From positions 1 to 63,094 of the IMG/VR virus record IMGVR_UViG_3300014877_000064: 63,094 nucleotides of DNA, one strand, 5' to 3'. The position numbers and the translations under genes are program-made. A model generated the notes under the pieces. That model made no database searches, was not told the DNA's origin, and was given only the letters and a program-made list of their open reading frames with translations. The DNA is from a virus (lineage: Duplodnaviria; Caudoviricetes). Positions 46,497 through 55,604 of the stretch are shown here, in pieces (position 1 is the first letter of the stretch; the number at the start of each line of letters is the position of its first letter).

Positions 46497-47543
46497 TCAA
46501 CGAGTCGGGGCAGTTGTGTATCCCCGGGGAGCATACTTTGTCCAGTCTAGGCCATTCTTTGAAGCCTGATCCTTCAAGTCCTCCAGGTACATCATTTGTG
46601 CCAATTCATGAAACTTGACCTTCGGCTCCCAGCCAAGAGTTTTCTTAGCCTTGGAGTAATCCCCCAGAAGAAACGGAACTTCCTGAGGACGGTGTAGACG
46701 TTTGTTGTAGGTGATATGCCCTTCCCAGTCCATCTCCGCCAAATTGAATACGGCATCGAGCCAGTCTCTCACTGAGTGAGCCTCCCCAGTAGCCAAGAGA
46801 AAGTCATCAGCCTTTGGCTGTTGCAACATGGCATACATGCCAGCCGCATAATCTTTGGCATAGCCCCAGTCTCTGATTGCGTCGATGTTGCCAAGTTCAA
46901 CCGAAGCCTGCAATCCAAGCTTAATCCTAGCTGCTGCAATAGTGATCTTTCTGGTTACGAAAGTTTCACCCCTTCGTGGGGACTCATGGTTTAAGAGAAT
47001 GCCCGAGCAGGCAAACATTCCATAACCCTCTCTGTAGTTCTTCGTAATGTTGTGAGCAAAAAGTTTGGCAGCAGCATAAGGGGAAACGGGGTTCATCGGA
47101 GACTTCTCTGTGAGGGCTTCTCCAACAATGGGAGCATCCCCGAACATTTCAGAAGAACTTGCCTGATAGAATTTGGCCTTGGGGCAAAGTTCCTTGAGGG
47201 CATTGAGAATCCTCAGGGGTGCCATTCCCACGGTATCCAGGGTTTCCTCGGACACCTCAAAGGAAGTTCTTACATGGGACATGGCCCCTAGGTTGTAAAC
47301 CTCGTCTGGTTTGTGCTCGGCGATAATTCTCCAGAGAGAACCGGCATCACTTAAATTGCCATAAACCAGGGTAAAGTTTGGGTTGGTGTAAATGTGGTCA
47401 AGTCTTTTGTGGGCATCAATGAGAGAAGTCCTTCTCTTCATGCCTACAACTCGATAGCCCTTCTCTAGGAGAAGTTCGGCTAAGTATGAACCAGTTTGAC
47501 CCGTAACACCAGTTACAAGGGCGACAGGTTGTTTGTTTGTCAT
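46497..47543 (-). CDS. gmd: GDP-mannose 4,6-dehydratase
   Basis: TGVTGQTGSYLAE, NLGAMSHVRTSF, YQASSSEMFG, SPYAAAK, NHESPRRGETFVTRKI, RDWGYAKD. Confidence 0.96.
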   Translation of the reverse strand: MTNKQPVALVTGVTGQTGSYLAELLLEKGYRVVGMKRRTSLIDAHKRLDHIYTNPNFTLVYGNLSDAGSLWRIIAEHKPDEVYNLGAMSHVRTSFEVSEETLDTVGMAPLRILNALKELCPKAKFYQASSSEMFGDAPIVGEALTEKSPMNPVSPYAAAKLFAHNITKNYREGYGMFACSGILLNHESPRRGETFVTRKITIAAARIKLGLQASVELGNIDAIRDWGYAKDYAAGMYAMLQQPKADDFLLATGEAHSVRDWLDAVFNLAEMDWEGHITYNKRLHRPQEVPFLLGDYSKAKKTLGWEPKVKFHELAQMMYLEDLKDQASKNGLDWTKYAPRGYTTAPTR

Positions 47544-47550
47544 GCGGGTA

Positions 47551-48534
47551 CTATAACCTTACATTAGGATAATACTTCGCAAACCATTTACATGTATTTG
47601 CCAGGGCTTCACTAAATGGCGTGTAGTCTTTGTCAGACCAATCAGTGTTTGACATTAGTCTGGCATTAGAAGATGGTTTCCTAAGTTGACCGGCGGGTTT
47701 ATCAGAATTAAAGGCCAATTTGCCCTTGTACCCAACAGCCTCCTTGATAGCATTTGCCACAAAGCTGATGGAGTGTTCCTCTGTATGTCCAATGTTAATG
47801 GGATCTGCCTTGTGATACTGTTCAGCAACAACCATGAGGATCTTGGCTGCATCACGTGCATAGGTAAACTCCCTGCGAGGGGAGCCATCTCCCCAAACCT
47901 CTACGGTGTCTGCTCCTGATTTCTTCGCCTCGTAAATCTTCCTAATCAAGGCTGGAATGACATGACTGTCTTCCAGGTGGAAGTTATCATTCTCACCAAA
48001 AAGGTTGTTTGGAATTACGGTGATGTAGTCACACCCATACTGTTGGCGATAAGCCCGGCTCTGAACATCAAGAGCCCTCTTTGAGTAGGCATATCCAAAG
48101 TTGCTCTGGTGTGGAGGACCCATGTGTAACTGATCTTCTGTTAAGGGATAGTTGACATAGGGAGCATCCGGATACACACAGGTTGACATAACAGAAACGA
48201 CACGCTTTACATCTTCCATCATACAGGCCTTCAGGATGTTGGTGTTCATCAGCGCATTTTCTGTAAAGAAGTCACCAACCTCTTTTGTGTTAACTTGGAC
48301 GCCACCTACCTTAGCGGCAAGGTGGAATACACAGTCAATTTTGTTTGCCGGATAATTGGTGTAACTGAATCCTGAAAAGTAGTCCAAGGTTTCATTCCAG
48401 GATACCCAGTTAACCTGTATGTGAGAAGGGGCATGCACCTTTGCCCCCACCTTTTCCAATTCAGAAACGAGGGCACTTCCAAGCAAACCATGGCCTCCGG
48501 TCACTACAACCAACTTCTCTTTCCAAAAGCTCAT
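47551..48534 (-). CDS. fcl: GDP-L-fucose synthase (epimerase/reductase)
   Basis: TGGHGLLG, HLAAKVGG, STCVYP, YAYSKR, SHVIPALIRK, WGDGSPRREF; start at ATG 48534. Confidence 0.92.
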   Translation of the reverse strand: MSFWKEKLVVVTGGHGLLGSALVSELEKVGAKVHAPSHIQVNWVSWNETLDYFSGFSYTNYPANKIDCVFHLAAKVGGVQVNTKEVGDFFTENALMNTNILKACMMEDVKRVVSVMSTCVYPDAPYVNYPLTEDQLHMGPPHQSNFGYAYSKRALDVQSRAYRQQYGCDYITVIPNNLFGENDNFHLEDSHVIPALIRKIYEAKKSGADTVEVWGDGSPRREFTYARDAAKILMVVAEQYHKADPINIGHTEEHSISFVANAIKEAVGYKGKLAFNSDKPAGQLRKPSSNARLMSNTDWSDKDYTPFSEALANTCKWFAKYYPNVRL

Positions 48535-48611
48535 ACAACACCCCAAATGAATCGAACAACACTAAGAACGATTCCTACCAATCCAATTACAAACAAAATT
48601 TCATTTCTCAT
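48531..48611 (-). CDS. Small single-TM peptide (26 aa), below the ORF-track cutoff
   Basis: MRNEILFVIGLVGIVLSVVRFIWGVV fills the gap and overlaps fcl by ATGA. Confidence 0.55.
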   Translation of the reverse strand: MRNEILFVIGLVGIVLSVVRFIWGVV

Positions 48612-48623
48612 TTTCTACCTATA

Positions 48624-49337
48624 TCAAACCCGAATAAGGGCATAGTTGTTCAAGAGGGATGTTCTGTTGATCTTAATCTGGTGGTGATCAAGATGCCTAT
48701 GAAAAAAGTGTTCATCGCAAAATAGAACGCCATCATTATAGTAGTTCTCTACATGGTCAAGTATGGACCCATATACGTCTGCATTCTTGGAACTCATTAT
48801 TGAGTGGGTTACATCCACTCCGACGCCATCACACACACCGTGGGTACTCGTGTTGACCGCCTCAGGATCAAAGTTATCAAACACAATGGGAGTAACGATA
48901 GCAAGGTCAAACCTCATCGTCATAACCAGGTCATAGGATACTCCAGCTTCCTCTTCATGCTTCTTCTTCAACTCGATGGACTTCTGCATGGAGTAGCACT
49001 TGCTAAGGCTAAACCAGGGCACAATCATCGTGGCCTTTCTTTGACCGAAGTTTTTCTCGTCAAACATAATCTGTTTTTCAACGAGCATCTTTCGTGGGTC
49101 ATAGTATTCGTATACCTTGGCCAGGGAGTCTCTGCCAACAGGAACAGAGGCCACACTACCGTTTGCTGCAATATAGGGTTTTCCTACATCCTCCTGAGCC
49201 AACCAAGTATGAACGAACACGTCAATGTCCCAGTTTTCTCTATTTGGCTCCAGGACGTTCTTTTGGATGTGCTTGAATCCCTCATCTATGTTTCGGAGCT
49301 GGCCCGAGAAACAGAGGGCAATACGTTTCCTTGTCAT
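48624..49337 (-). CDS. Putative glycosyltransferase (WavE-like 'IALCFSGQLR' family)
   Basis: RIALCFSGQLR, DVFVHTW, YDLVMTMRFD; TAATG coupling. Confidence 0.65.
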   Translation of the reverse strand: MTRKRIALCFSGQLRNIDEGFKHIQKNVLEPNRENWDIDVFVHTWLAQEDVGKPYIAANGSVASVPVGRDSLAKVYEYYDPRKMLVEKQIMFDEKNFGQRKATMIVPWFSLSKCYSMQKSIELKKKHEEEAGVSYDLVMTMRFDLAIVTPIVFDNFDPEAVNTSTHGVCDGVGVDVTHSIMSSKNADVYGSILDHVENYYNDGVLFCDEHFFHRHLDHHQIKINRTSLLNNYALIRV

Positions 49338-50047
49338 TACTTGATAATCCAATCTTGTTCAGGGACAGAACGCCTGATGACATATCGTACAACGGGAACC
49401 ACACGGTGTACATAAGCATGTCTGGTTGTCATGGTGCCCACGTATTGCTCGAAATTCCAAGACTCCGATATGATCCTGTTAAACTCCCCGGGCTCATATT
49501 TCCATATGTTCTCAAGGGTCTCAAATAGACCAAATCCAATATGGTCACTGGCACCATCACAAGCTGCCCAGAGGATTCCTGGAGTAACATGAGCCTTAGG
49601 GTCAGCCACAACCAGATCAGCCCACGTAGAGGTTCTTGCTTCGGGGGCGACCTCAAAGTGAAGGTCATTCCTGATCCTGCAAACAAACTCGTACTCCTGC
49701 CCAGACTCCCTTATCTTCTTGAAGAGGTAATCCATACCATAAACCATGGCATAGTGGGATATACGACAAACTCTATGCTCAGGTTGGGCATTGAGTTGTT
49801 GAACCTGAGTAACCCCAAGCTTGTCGAGGTCTTCCTGGGTAGGAGACACTTCTGGAGCAAAAAGCCTTGTTACGTGAGGCTCTATTAACTTTTCGGCCTC
49901 ATTGGGTGTCTTCCAGGTAAAGTACCAAACGTCAGGATTGGCCCACTCAAAAGCCCTCTTGAATTCTTGTATGCACTCGATGATTCTTTCAGGAGGAATC
50001 CTTGTCGCACCTGTAACGAGCAAACAAAGTTTTTTCTTCTCAGACAC
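49337..50047 (-). CDS. Putative glycosyltransferase, paralog of 48624..49337
   Basis: LCLLVTGATR, DVWYFTW, YEFVCRIRNDL, SDHIGFG; GTG start just after the upstream stop. Confidence 0.6.
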   Translation of the reverse strand: MSEKKKLCLLVTGATRIPPERIIECIQEFKRAFEWANPDVWYFTWKTPNEAEKLIEPHVTRLFAPEVSPTQEDLDKLGVTQVQQLNAQPEHRVCRISHYAMVYGMDYLFKKIRESGQEYEFVCRIRNDLHFEVAPEARTSTWADLVVADPKAHVTPGILWAACDGASDHIGFGLFETLENIWKYEPGEFNRIISESWNFEQYVGTMTTRHAYVHRVVPVVRYVIRRSVPEQDWIIK

Positions 50048-50051
50048 GTGC

Positions 50052-50894
50052 CTACTTCTTGTGAGATAAATAATCCTCATAAAGCTTTTGTCCGAGAGAG
50101 TCCATCTGCTCAAAGAAACTTACAGATAGGTGAGTCATAGAGTCCGTAACGTTCGGAGAGAAAGGCTCGGGGTCAACAGGGTCTGCCTCCAGGGACCAAA
50201 GGTCTTTGAAAGCCTTGATACCCTCTGGACCATCAGCCAAAACAAGGTCGAATACCCTGGAACCAATTGTTGGTACGGTGCCCTCCTGGATAACCCACTG
50301 AAGGCCAGCCAGGGTTCTCATGCTGCCGGTAATGATCTGAGTCTTTTTCATGTTGCACTGATTAATGAACCTCACCTGACGAATGGCATCAATTCCGACT
50401 TCCTCCATTCTGCCAGGAATGACACTCACATGGTTTACCTCGTGGGTGATACACTTCATGGCTGTGGCACAGTCAGCCACACCAGTTACGTTCACGTCAA
50501 CTTTCTTCTGGAGCATTCTAGTCAGTTTCAGAATGGACTCAAAAGGTGGAATCTTGAGAGCCACACGGGTGTGATCATCCGAAAGCATTGCCACGTGTTT
50601 GGCAAACTCCACAACCATTTGGGGGTCCATCTTGGAGTTCGGCATTTGGACATAAACAACACCCTCGTCGTCCCCACGGATTGTGGTCACGGTCTTACAA
50701 AGTTCCAGGACCAACCTGTCAAAGGAAACCATGTCATTGCAGGAAACCTTGGCTATGGCATTTGGATTGGTCGTTATTCCAACAACTTCCTTACCGGTAA
50801 AGTGACCAGTGATGAGCATTGTCTGCCAACACCTTTTGATGTAGTCAATGTCGGCGGTATCGAAGAAAAACTGTGGGATATTCTTACGCTTCAT
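50052..50894 (-). CDS. Divergent transaldolase / fructose-6-phosphate aldolase family protein
   Basis: FFDTAD, GITTNP, Schiff-base ALKIP, VNVT, PGRM, GSMR. Confidence 0.8.
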   Translation of the reverse strand: MKRKNIPQFFFDTADIDYIKRCWQTMLITGHFTGKEVVGITTNPNAIAKVSCNDMVSFDRLVLELCKTVTTIRGDDEGVVYVQMPNSKMDPQMVVEFAKHVAMLSDDHTRVALKIPPFESILKLTRMLQKKVDVNVTGVADCATAMKCITHEVNHVSVIPGRMEEVGIDAIRQVRFINQCNMKKTQIITGSMRTLAGLQWVIQEGTVPTIGSRVFDLVLADGPEGIKAFKDLWSLEADPVDPEPFSPNVTDSMTHLSVSFFEQMDSLGQKLYEDYLSHKK

Positions 50895-51256
50895 TTTGGT
50901 TCCTTTGCTAGCAAGACTTCTTTCATCTCAGACCAACTTCCCTTGAAGGGAAGAGCCTTGTCATCGATAAAGTAGTCGACGTGGGGCTTTCCAAAGAGTA
51001 GTTCATCATAGGGAACTTCCCAGTTGTCAAGCCAGTCAATTACGGTCTTGGCTTGATTCCTGATAACTGCCCCGAGGTTCCCATTATAGGTTCTCATGTT
51101 TCGAGCAGTGAATATGATGATGTAGTACCCACGATCCTTGAGGAATTGTAAGGTCTCTATTGCCCCCGGAAGGGGAAGAACATCAGCATAACCTTGACCG
51201 TCCCTTTTCGTTTCGCATATGGTTCCATCAAGGTCTACTGCGATGCGGAGAGTCAT
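50891..51256 (-). CDS. HAD phosphatase, capsule-biosynthesis EcbF/BcbF-like
   Basis: DLDGTI, FTARNMRTY.GN, VPYDELLFGKP, YFIDDKA; start at ATG 51256. Confidence 0.88.
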   Translation of the reverse strand: MTLRIAVDLDGTICETKRDGQGYADVLPLPGAIETLQFLKDRGYYIIIFTARNMRTYNGNLGAVIRNQAKTVIDWLDNWEVPYDELLFGKPHVDYFIDDKALPFKGSWSEMKEVLLAKEPK

Positions 51257-51992
51257 TTTTAAACCTTTCAACGTCCTCTGGGGTTCCAAGTGGAACCATG
51301 AGATCGCTCTTGAAAGCATACACAGAAAATTTGTGTTGTAAAGCGAATTCCACAGCTTGAGACATGTAAAACTCATTCTTGGCGGGCTTCTCATTCTCCA
51401 GGACAGCCTTGGCGATTTTCTCGAAAAACTCTAGGGAACTCCAGTAGAAGAAACCGACCATGGGCTTCCCATTTTCAAGGTAATCCTTTTCAACAAGACC
51501 AAGGACTTTACCCTGGGAGTCAACAGAACAGAAGCACCACTTCTTGGAGTCATCCATGGGTTCAAAGTAACACAGAACAATACAGTTCTCTGACTTTTTG
51601 TCACGTATCTTCTCATCAACTAGTGATAAGAATTTTGAGCCATCATAGTGATTGTCAGAATCCAAAAACAGTACAGAATTGGCTTTGTTTCGTAGTTTTT
51701 CTTGAGAGGTCACAAAGGCGGTTTCTAGATTACCCCTGGTTAGGTGATCAAAAGTTTGACAAATTGTGGCATTACCATAGAGCCGCTTTAGGTAGTCATC
51801 AAGACCGTAAAGATCCCTGTGTTCTGACCTTATCGCAAATGTAAGAGGGTTACCTGTAAGGTGTCCCAGGATGGAATCTGTTGTCCACTCCAGGATGGTC
51901 TTACCATGAACTTCTATCAGGGGCTTTGGGGTAGTGTAGCCAGCCTTGACAAAACGTTGGCCTTCTCCAGCCATGAGAACAACGATTTCCAC
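51228..51992 (-). CDS. Sugar-phosphate nucleotidyltransferase
   Basis: LMAGEGQRF...PKPLI, DSD, NEFYMS, LGTPED. Confidence 0.88.
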   Translation of the reverse strand: MEIVVLMAGEGQRFVKAGYTTPKPLIEVHGKTILEWTTDSILGHLTGNPLTFAIRSEHRDLYGLDDYLKRLYGNATICQTFDHLTRGNLETAFVTSQEKLRNKANSVLFLDSDNHYDGSKFLSLVDEKIRDKKSENCIVLCYFEPMDDSKKWCFCSVDSQGKVLGLVEKDYLENGKPMVGFFYWSSLEFFEKIAKAVLENEKPAKNEFYMSQAVEFALQHKFSVYAFKSDLMVPLGTPEDVERFKNDSPHRSRP

Positions 51993-52982
51993 TTATTCCT
52001 CACGGAGGACTTCATTCAAGATTTTGACCCCGGATAGATACATTGCCAACTGACGCTTTGGACTATCATAGTGTCGGGCGCACATACCAATGTAAATCAG
52101 GCCTTGAATTAGCTTGATTTTCTTCTGGTCAAACTTTGAGTAAATGTGTTCCTGAAAAATCTGGTGGACTTCATCCTTGTCGGTGTTTGCATAGGTGAGA
52201 ATGTAGCTGCCCGGAACAATACCCTCTCCTACTTCAAATTTGTCATAAATGAAATACTCATATCCCACGTCAGTTGAGTGCATCAACTTCGCAAGGTCGT
52301 AGTAGGGGTCACCGAAAACTTTCCTGGTTCCAAAGACACCCCTAGGGTCTACAAACCTAAGGATTGGAGCCACCTCGGTTGGCGAACCAAGGAGGATGTT
52401 GGAGAAACAACAATCTCCATGGGTAACACACGGAAGGAAGTCATCACTAGCTAGACTAGAATCAAAACGACTCTTTAGTGCCTTCCAGATTACCTCGAAG
52501 TTGTCATAGGAAACGTCGTTGATAACGATCTTTGGTAAACGATGGATTTCCTTGAAGGCATCAAACTGTGTAACCAGCTTTCTGTATTCCTTGTCCGTCT
52601 TGATGTAGTACATGGACTGGAAATCCCACCTGTAGAGTGGGTCCGAGGACTTAACCTCAGAAAACTTCTGAAGGACGTTGTAAAGAGCCTTGGCTACCGA
52701 GATCCACTGATCCCTGGTAAGGGTCTTATCCCCAACCAGGTATCTTCCAAGGTTGTCATAGGGGTAATACTCCAACTCCAGGAAGAACTCACTTGTCTTT
52801 GGATCCTGACCACTGGAAACCATTCTAGGGAAATGAATGGAAAGCTGTTCCGGTACTCCCTTGTAGAAATTGGTTTCATCAGAAAGTCGGGCTTCCTTGC
52901 TTCTCTTCGTTATGGTTGACTTCAGGGGGTCAAAGGAAAATCTATTATAGGCCCGAGTAACGAATTGCTTCATGGTGGTCAC
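51993..52982 (-). CDS. APH/choline-kinase-fold sugar kinase (capsule-locus type)
   Basis: TRAYN, HGDCCFSNIL, FVDPRG.FG, GDPYYDLAKL.HS. Confidence 0.82.
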   Translation of the reverse strand: MTTMKQFVTRAYNRFSFDPLKSTITKRSKEARLSDETNFYKGVPEQLSIHFPRMVSSGQDPKTSEFFLELEYYPYDNLGRYLVGDKTLTRDQWISVAKALYNVLQKFSEVKSSDPLYRWDFQSMYYIKTDKEYRKLVTQFDAFKEIHRLPKIVINDVSYDNFEVIWKALKSRFDSSLASDDFLPCVTHGDCCFSNILLGSPTEVAPILRFVDPRGVFGTRKVFGDPYYDLAKLMHSTDVGYEYFIYDKFEVGEGIVPGSYILTYANTDKDEVHQIFQEHIYSKFDQKKIKLIQGLIYIGMCARHYDSPKRQLAMYLSGVKILNEVLREE

Positions 52983-53620
52983 TCAGCCTTGCTGTACACG
53001 GCCTCATGAATATCCTGAATTGCAACCATTAAAAGCTTGTGCTTCTTGGCATACTTCATAAGTTGCTTTCCCTTGGTCATGGTGCCATCATCGTTCATGA
53101 TCTCGATAATCACAGCCACTGGTTTGTGACCGATGAGTTTCATAAGCTCAACGGAAGCCTCGGTGTGACCACGACGTTCCAGGAGCAATCCCTTTCGGGC
53201 CCGGAGAGGAAAGAGATGACCAGGCTTCTTGAGTTCACTTGGCTTGGATTCTGGATCCACCAAAACTTTGATTGTCTTGAGCCGGTCCTCTACGGACATT
53301 CCGGTGGTGGTAGTAATAGCATCCACCGATACAGTGAAGGGAGTTTCCAGAGGGTCATTGGTTTTTTCTACCATGATGGGTACCTCCAGGCGTTCCAAGA
53401 CTTCGTGAGTCGTTGGAAGACACATCAAACCCCTGGCGTGTCTCATTGCGAATACGAGATTTTCCTTGCTTGCCATTTGAGCTGAGATGACTAGGTCACC
53501 TTCATTTTCACGGTCAAAGTCATCCACAACGATTATGGGCTTTCCTTCCGCCAGGGCCTTTAAGGCTTCCTGCAATGAACACTTTTGATCGCTTTTCTTC
53601 CTTGATTGTTTTACGTCCAT
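52979..53620 (-). CDS. ribB: 3,4-dihydroxy-2-butanone-4-phosphate synthase
   Basis: DRENEGDL, GLMC, FTVSVDA, TTGMS..DR, PGHLFPL, RRGHTEASV, EIMNDDGTM. Confidence 0.94.
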   Translation of the reverse strand: MDVKQSRKKSDQKCSLQEALKALAEGKPIIVVDDFDRENEGDLVISAQMASKENLVFAMRHARGLMCLPTTHEVLERLEVPIMVEKTNDPLETPFTVSVDAITTTTGMSVEDRLKTIKVLVDPESKPSELKKPGHLFPLRARKGLLLERRGHTEASVELMKLIGHKPVAVIIEIMNDDGTMTKGKQLMKYAKKHKLLMVAIQDIHEAVYSKAE

Positions 53621-54804
53621 ACAGTTCCCCAGAATTCATCAGCCGACAAATCTTCAAGCTTGTGTCGGGCAACCTGTTCAGCATAGACAGTCTCTAGAAT
53701 GTTGACGATTTTGTGCATGTTAACCTCAAGACACAAGTTTGAGGTAAAATGATTCCTCGCATTCGTAGCAAGGAGGGCATGATAGTCTTTTGTGGTCATA
53801 TGCTTTAGCATTTCAGAAACGTACTCTTCGAGTGTGTTGGCAATTATTCCACCGTTTCCAATAGTTTCGACATGACCCATTGCAGGTGCCGCATGACTAA
53901 TTATCGGTAGACCAAAGGACATTCCCTCTGCGATGGAAAGAGAAAAGGTTTCTCCATCTGCTCGACCATGGGTATAGACGTTTAGAGTCGACAAGAATTT
54001 GGCAATTCGGTCATAGTCCCCAGTGGGTTCAAGACGATGAAAGTTTTTGAGACCAAGACTTTTGGCCTGGTCAATGTACTTGTTACTTCCACCCAAAATA
54101 ACAAAAGCCACGTTAGCTGAACTTTGTTTCTCAACTCTGGTGTAGGCATCCAAGGGCACTGGAGAAAAGATGCCGTCATCAGGTCTTTGGTGCATACCAA
54201 AGACAAAGGCATCCTCAGGAATACCAAGGTCTTTTCTTAAATCGCCAGGGGTATTAAAAGAAGGCAACTCTGCAAACAGAGGAATCACTTCAGCCTTGGT
54301 TCCATCTCCTCCAACTTTGAGCCAGGTGTCCAATTGGAACTTGGAAATGTGGATGCTCTTACAAATGTTTTTCTGGTTGTCGCTCATTCCTGGAAGAGTT
54401 ACAAACTCAACGATTGGCGTCTTCTCAATCAAGTAAAAGGGATATTCCTTATGACCAGCACGGGCTCCCAGGACTAGGTCATACTTGTCTTCCTTGAAGA
54501 GGTCCCAGAAGTTAGATCCAACCCAGTCATGGGTTGGAATGGTAATGTTCTTGGCGCCCACGGAGAACTTCACGAGATTGACCTTCTTAGAGGTCATGTA
54601 GTCAAGTCGACTCTGGTCGGTATCGGGGTGAACCCAGTCTGAACCAATGTAGGGAGCGGAATTACAGTAAAAGAAATCAACCTCAAATCGATCTCTTGGG
54701 AGATTGGCACAAATGGTTTGAAGCCACTTCTCCGTACCTCCGGTAGCAAGGCCTCCAAATTTGATGGAGGCCACCCTGAGTAGTTTCTTTTTCTTCTTTG
54801 TCAT
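53611..54804 (-). CDS. GT4-like (GT-B) glycosyltransferase
   Basis: GGTEK; HGRADGETFSLSIAEGMSFGLPII. Confidence 0.85.
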   Translation of the reverse strand: MTKKKKKLLRVASIKFGGLATGGTEKWLQTICANLPRDRFEVDFFYCNSAPYIGSDWVHPDTDQSRLDYMTSKKVNLVKFSVGAKNITIPTHDWVGSNFWDLFKEDKYDLVLGARAGHKEYPFYLIEKTPIVEFVTLPGMSDNQKNICKSIHISKFQLDTWLKVGGDGTKAEVIPLFAELPSFNTPGDLRKDLGIPEDAFVFGMHQRPDDGIFSPVPLDAYTRVEKQSSANVAFVILGGSNKYIDQAKSLGLKNFHRLEPTGDYDRIAKFLSTLNVYTHGRADGETFSLSIAEGMSFGLPIISHAAPAMGHVETIGNGGIIANTLEEYVSEMLKHMTTKDYHALLATNARNHFTSNLCLEVNMHKIVNILETVYAEQVARHKLEDLSADEFWGTVWT

Positions 54805-55604
54805 ATTGAGTTCCAGAATTCCTCTGCCGGAATATCTGAGTCATCCTTAATTCTTTGCCAGACCCTGACGTGCATGCATGTAAGAACTTCCCTGAAAAAG
54901 GAGTCTTTTTCTACGGTGTCTCGGACGGCATTGGAAACCTCAATGATTCCCTTGAAGGTTCCTTGTGGAATCTGCTTGTAGTCATTACAGTCATCCACAA
55001 CAAGGAAGCCGCCCTTCTTAACCATACTTCCGTACTTCTTTATGTCGAATACGGTTGCCTCATAGGAATGGTCTCCATCAACGTACACCATATCAAAGGG
55101 ACCTACCCCAGATACGATAGAGGAAATCTTGGGGTCCTGACTCAGGCCATCTAACACACGGGTGTTAGCCATTGTCAGACCAAACTGCTTAAAGATGTTC
55201 TCGATAAATGGTCCCCTATTGTAGTTGGCAAAGGGAGCATCAAATAAGGGAGTGACACCAACGATATTGGGCTTTTTTCCTGTCAGATCAGACAACATCT
55301 GTATGAGGGACAGAATCTGTCCCTTGTAGACTCCGATCTCCAGGAAGGAAAACTCGGAGGGCATCTCATCAACCAAAACTTTCCAGAGGTACTGAAGAGA
55401 CCTGTGACCATGACCATAGATCATGTTGAAGCGATTCTGACTTTCCTCGATGAAGTCCCTGTGAGCCTTGACCGAGGGAATGGTATTCGCCTTGTCAGCA
55501 AAGGTCTTGATAAGCATACCATTGAAGTCGGGGTTATCCTGATACCTGGATGACCAATCCCAAAGCTCTGTTAGTTTTGTGGTGGGGCTCTTCTTTTTTG
55601 TCAT
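54801..55604 (-). CDS. Class I SAM-dependent (sugar O-)methyltransferase
   Basis: FLEIGVYKG, VYVDGDHSYE, KKGGFLVVDD. Confidence 0.85.
   Translation of the reverse strand: MTKKKSPTTKLTELWDWSSRYQDNPDFNGMLIKTFADKANTIPSVKAHRDFIEESQNRFNMIYGHGHRSLQYLWKVLVDEMPSEFSFLEIGVYKGQILSLIQMLSDLTGKKPNIVGVTPLFDAPFANYNRGPFIENIFKQFGLTMANTRVLDGLSQDPKISSIVSGVGPFDMVYVDGDHSYEATVFDIKKYGSMVKKGGFLVVDDCNDYKQIPQGTFKGIIEVSNAVRDTVEKDSFFREVLTCMHVRVWQRIKDDSDIPAEEFWNSI

Noticed and set aside
48804-49415. 203-aa plus-strand ORF (and similar ones at 58679..59140 and 61439..62002)
   Set aside because: Antisense shadows of glycan-operon genes
50130-50975. 281-aa plus-strand ORF
   Set aside because: Antisense shadow of the motif-bearing transaldolase; no recognisable motifs or expression signals
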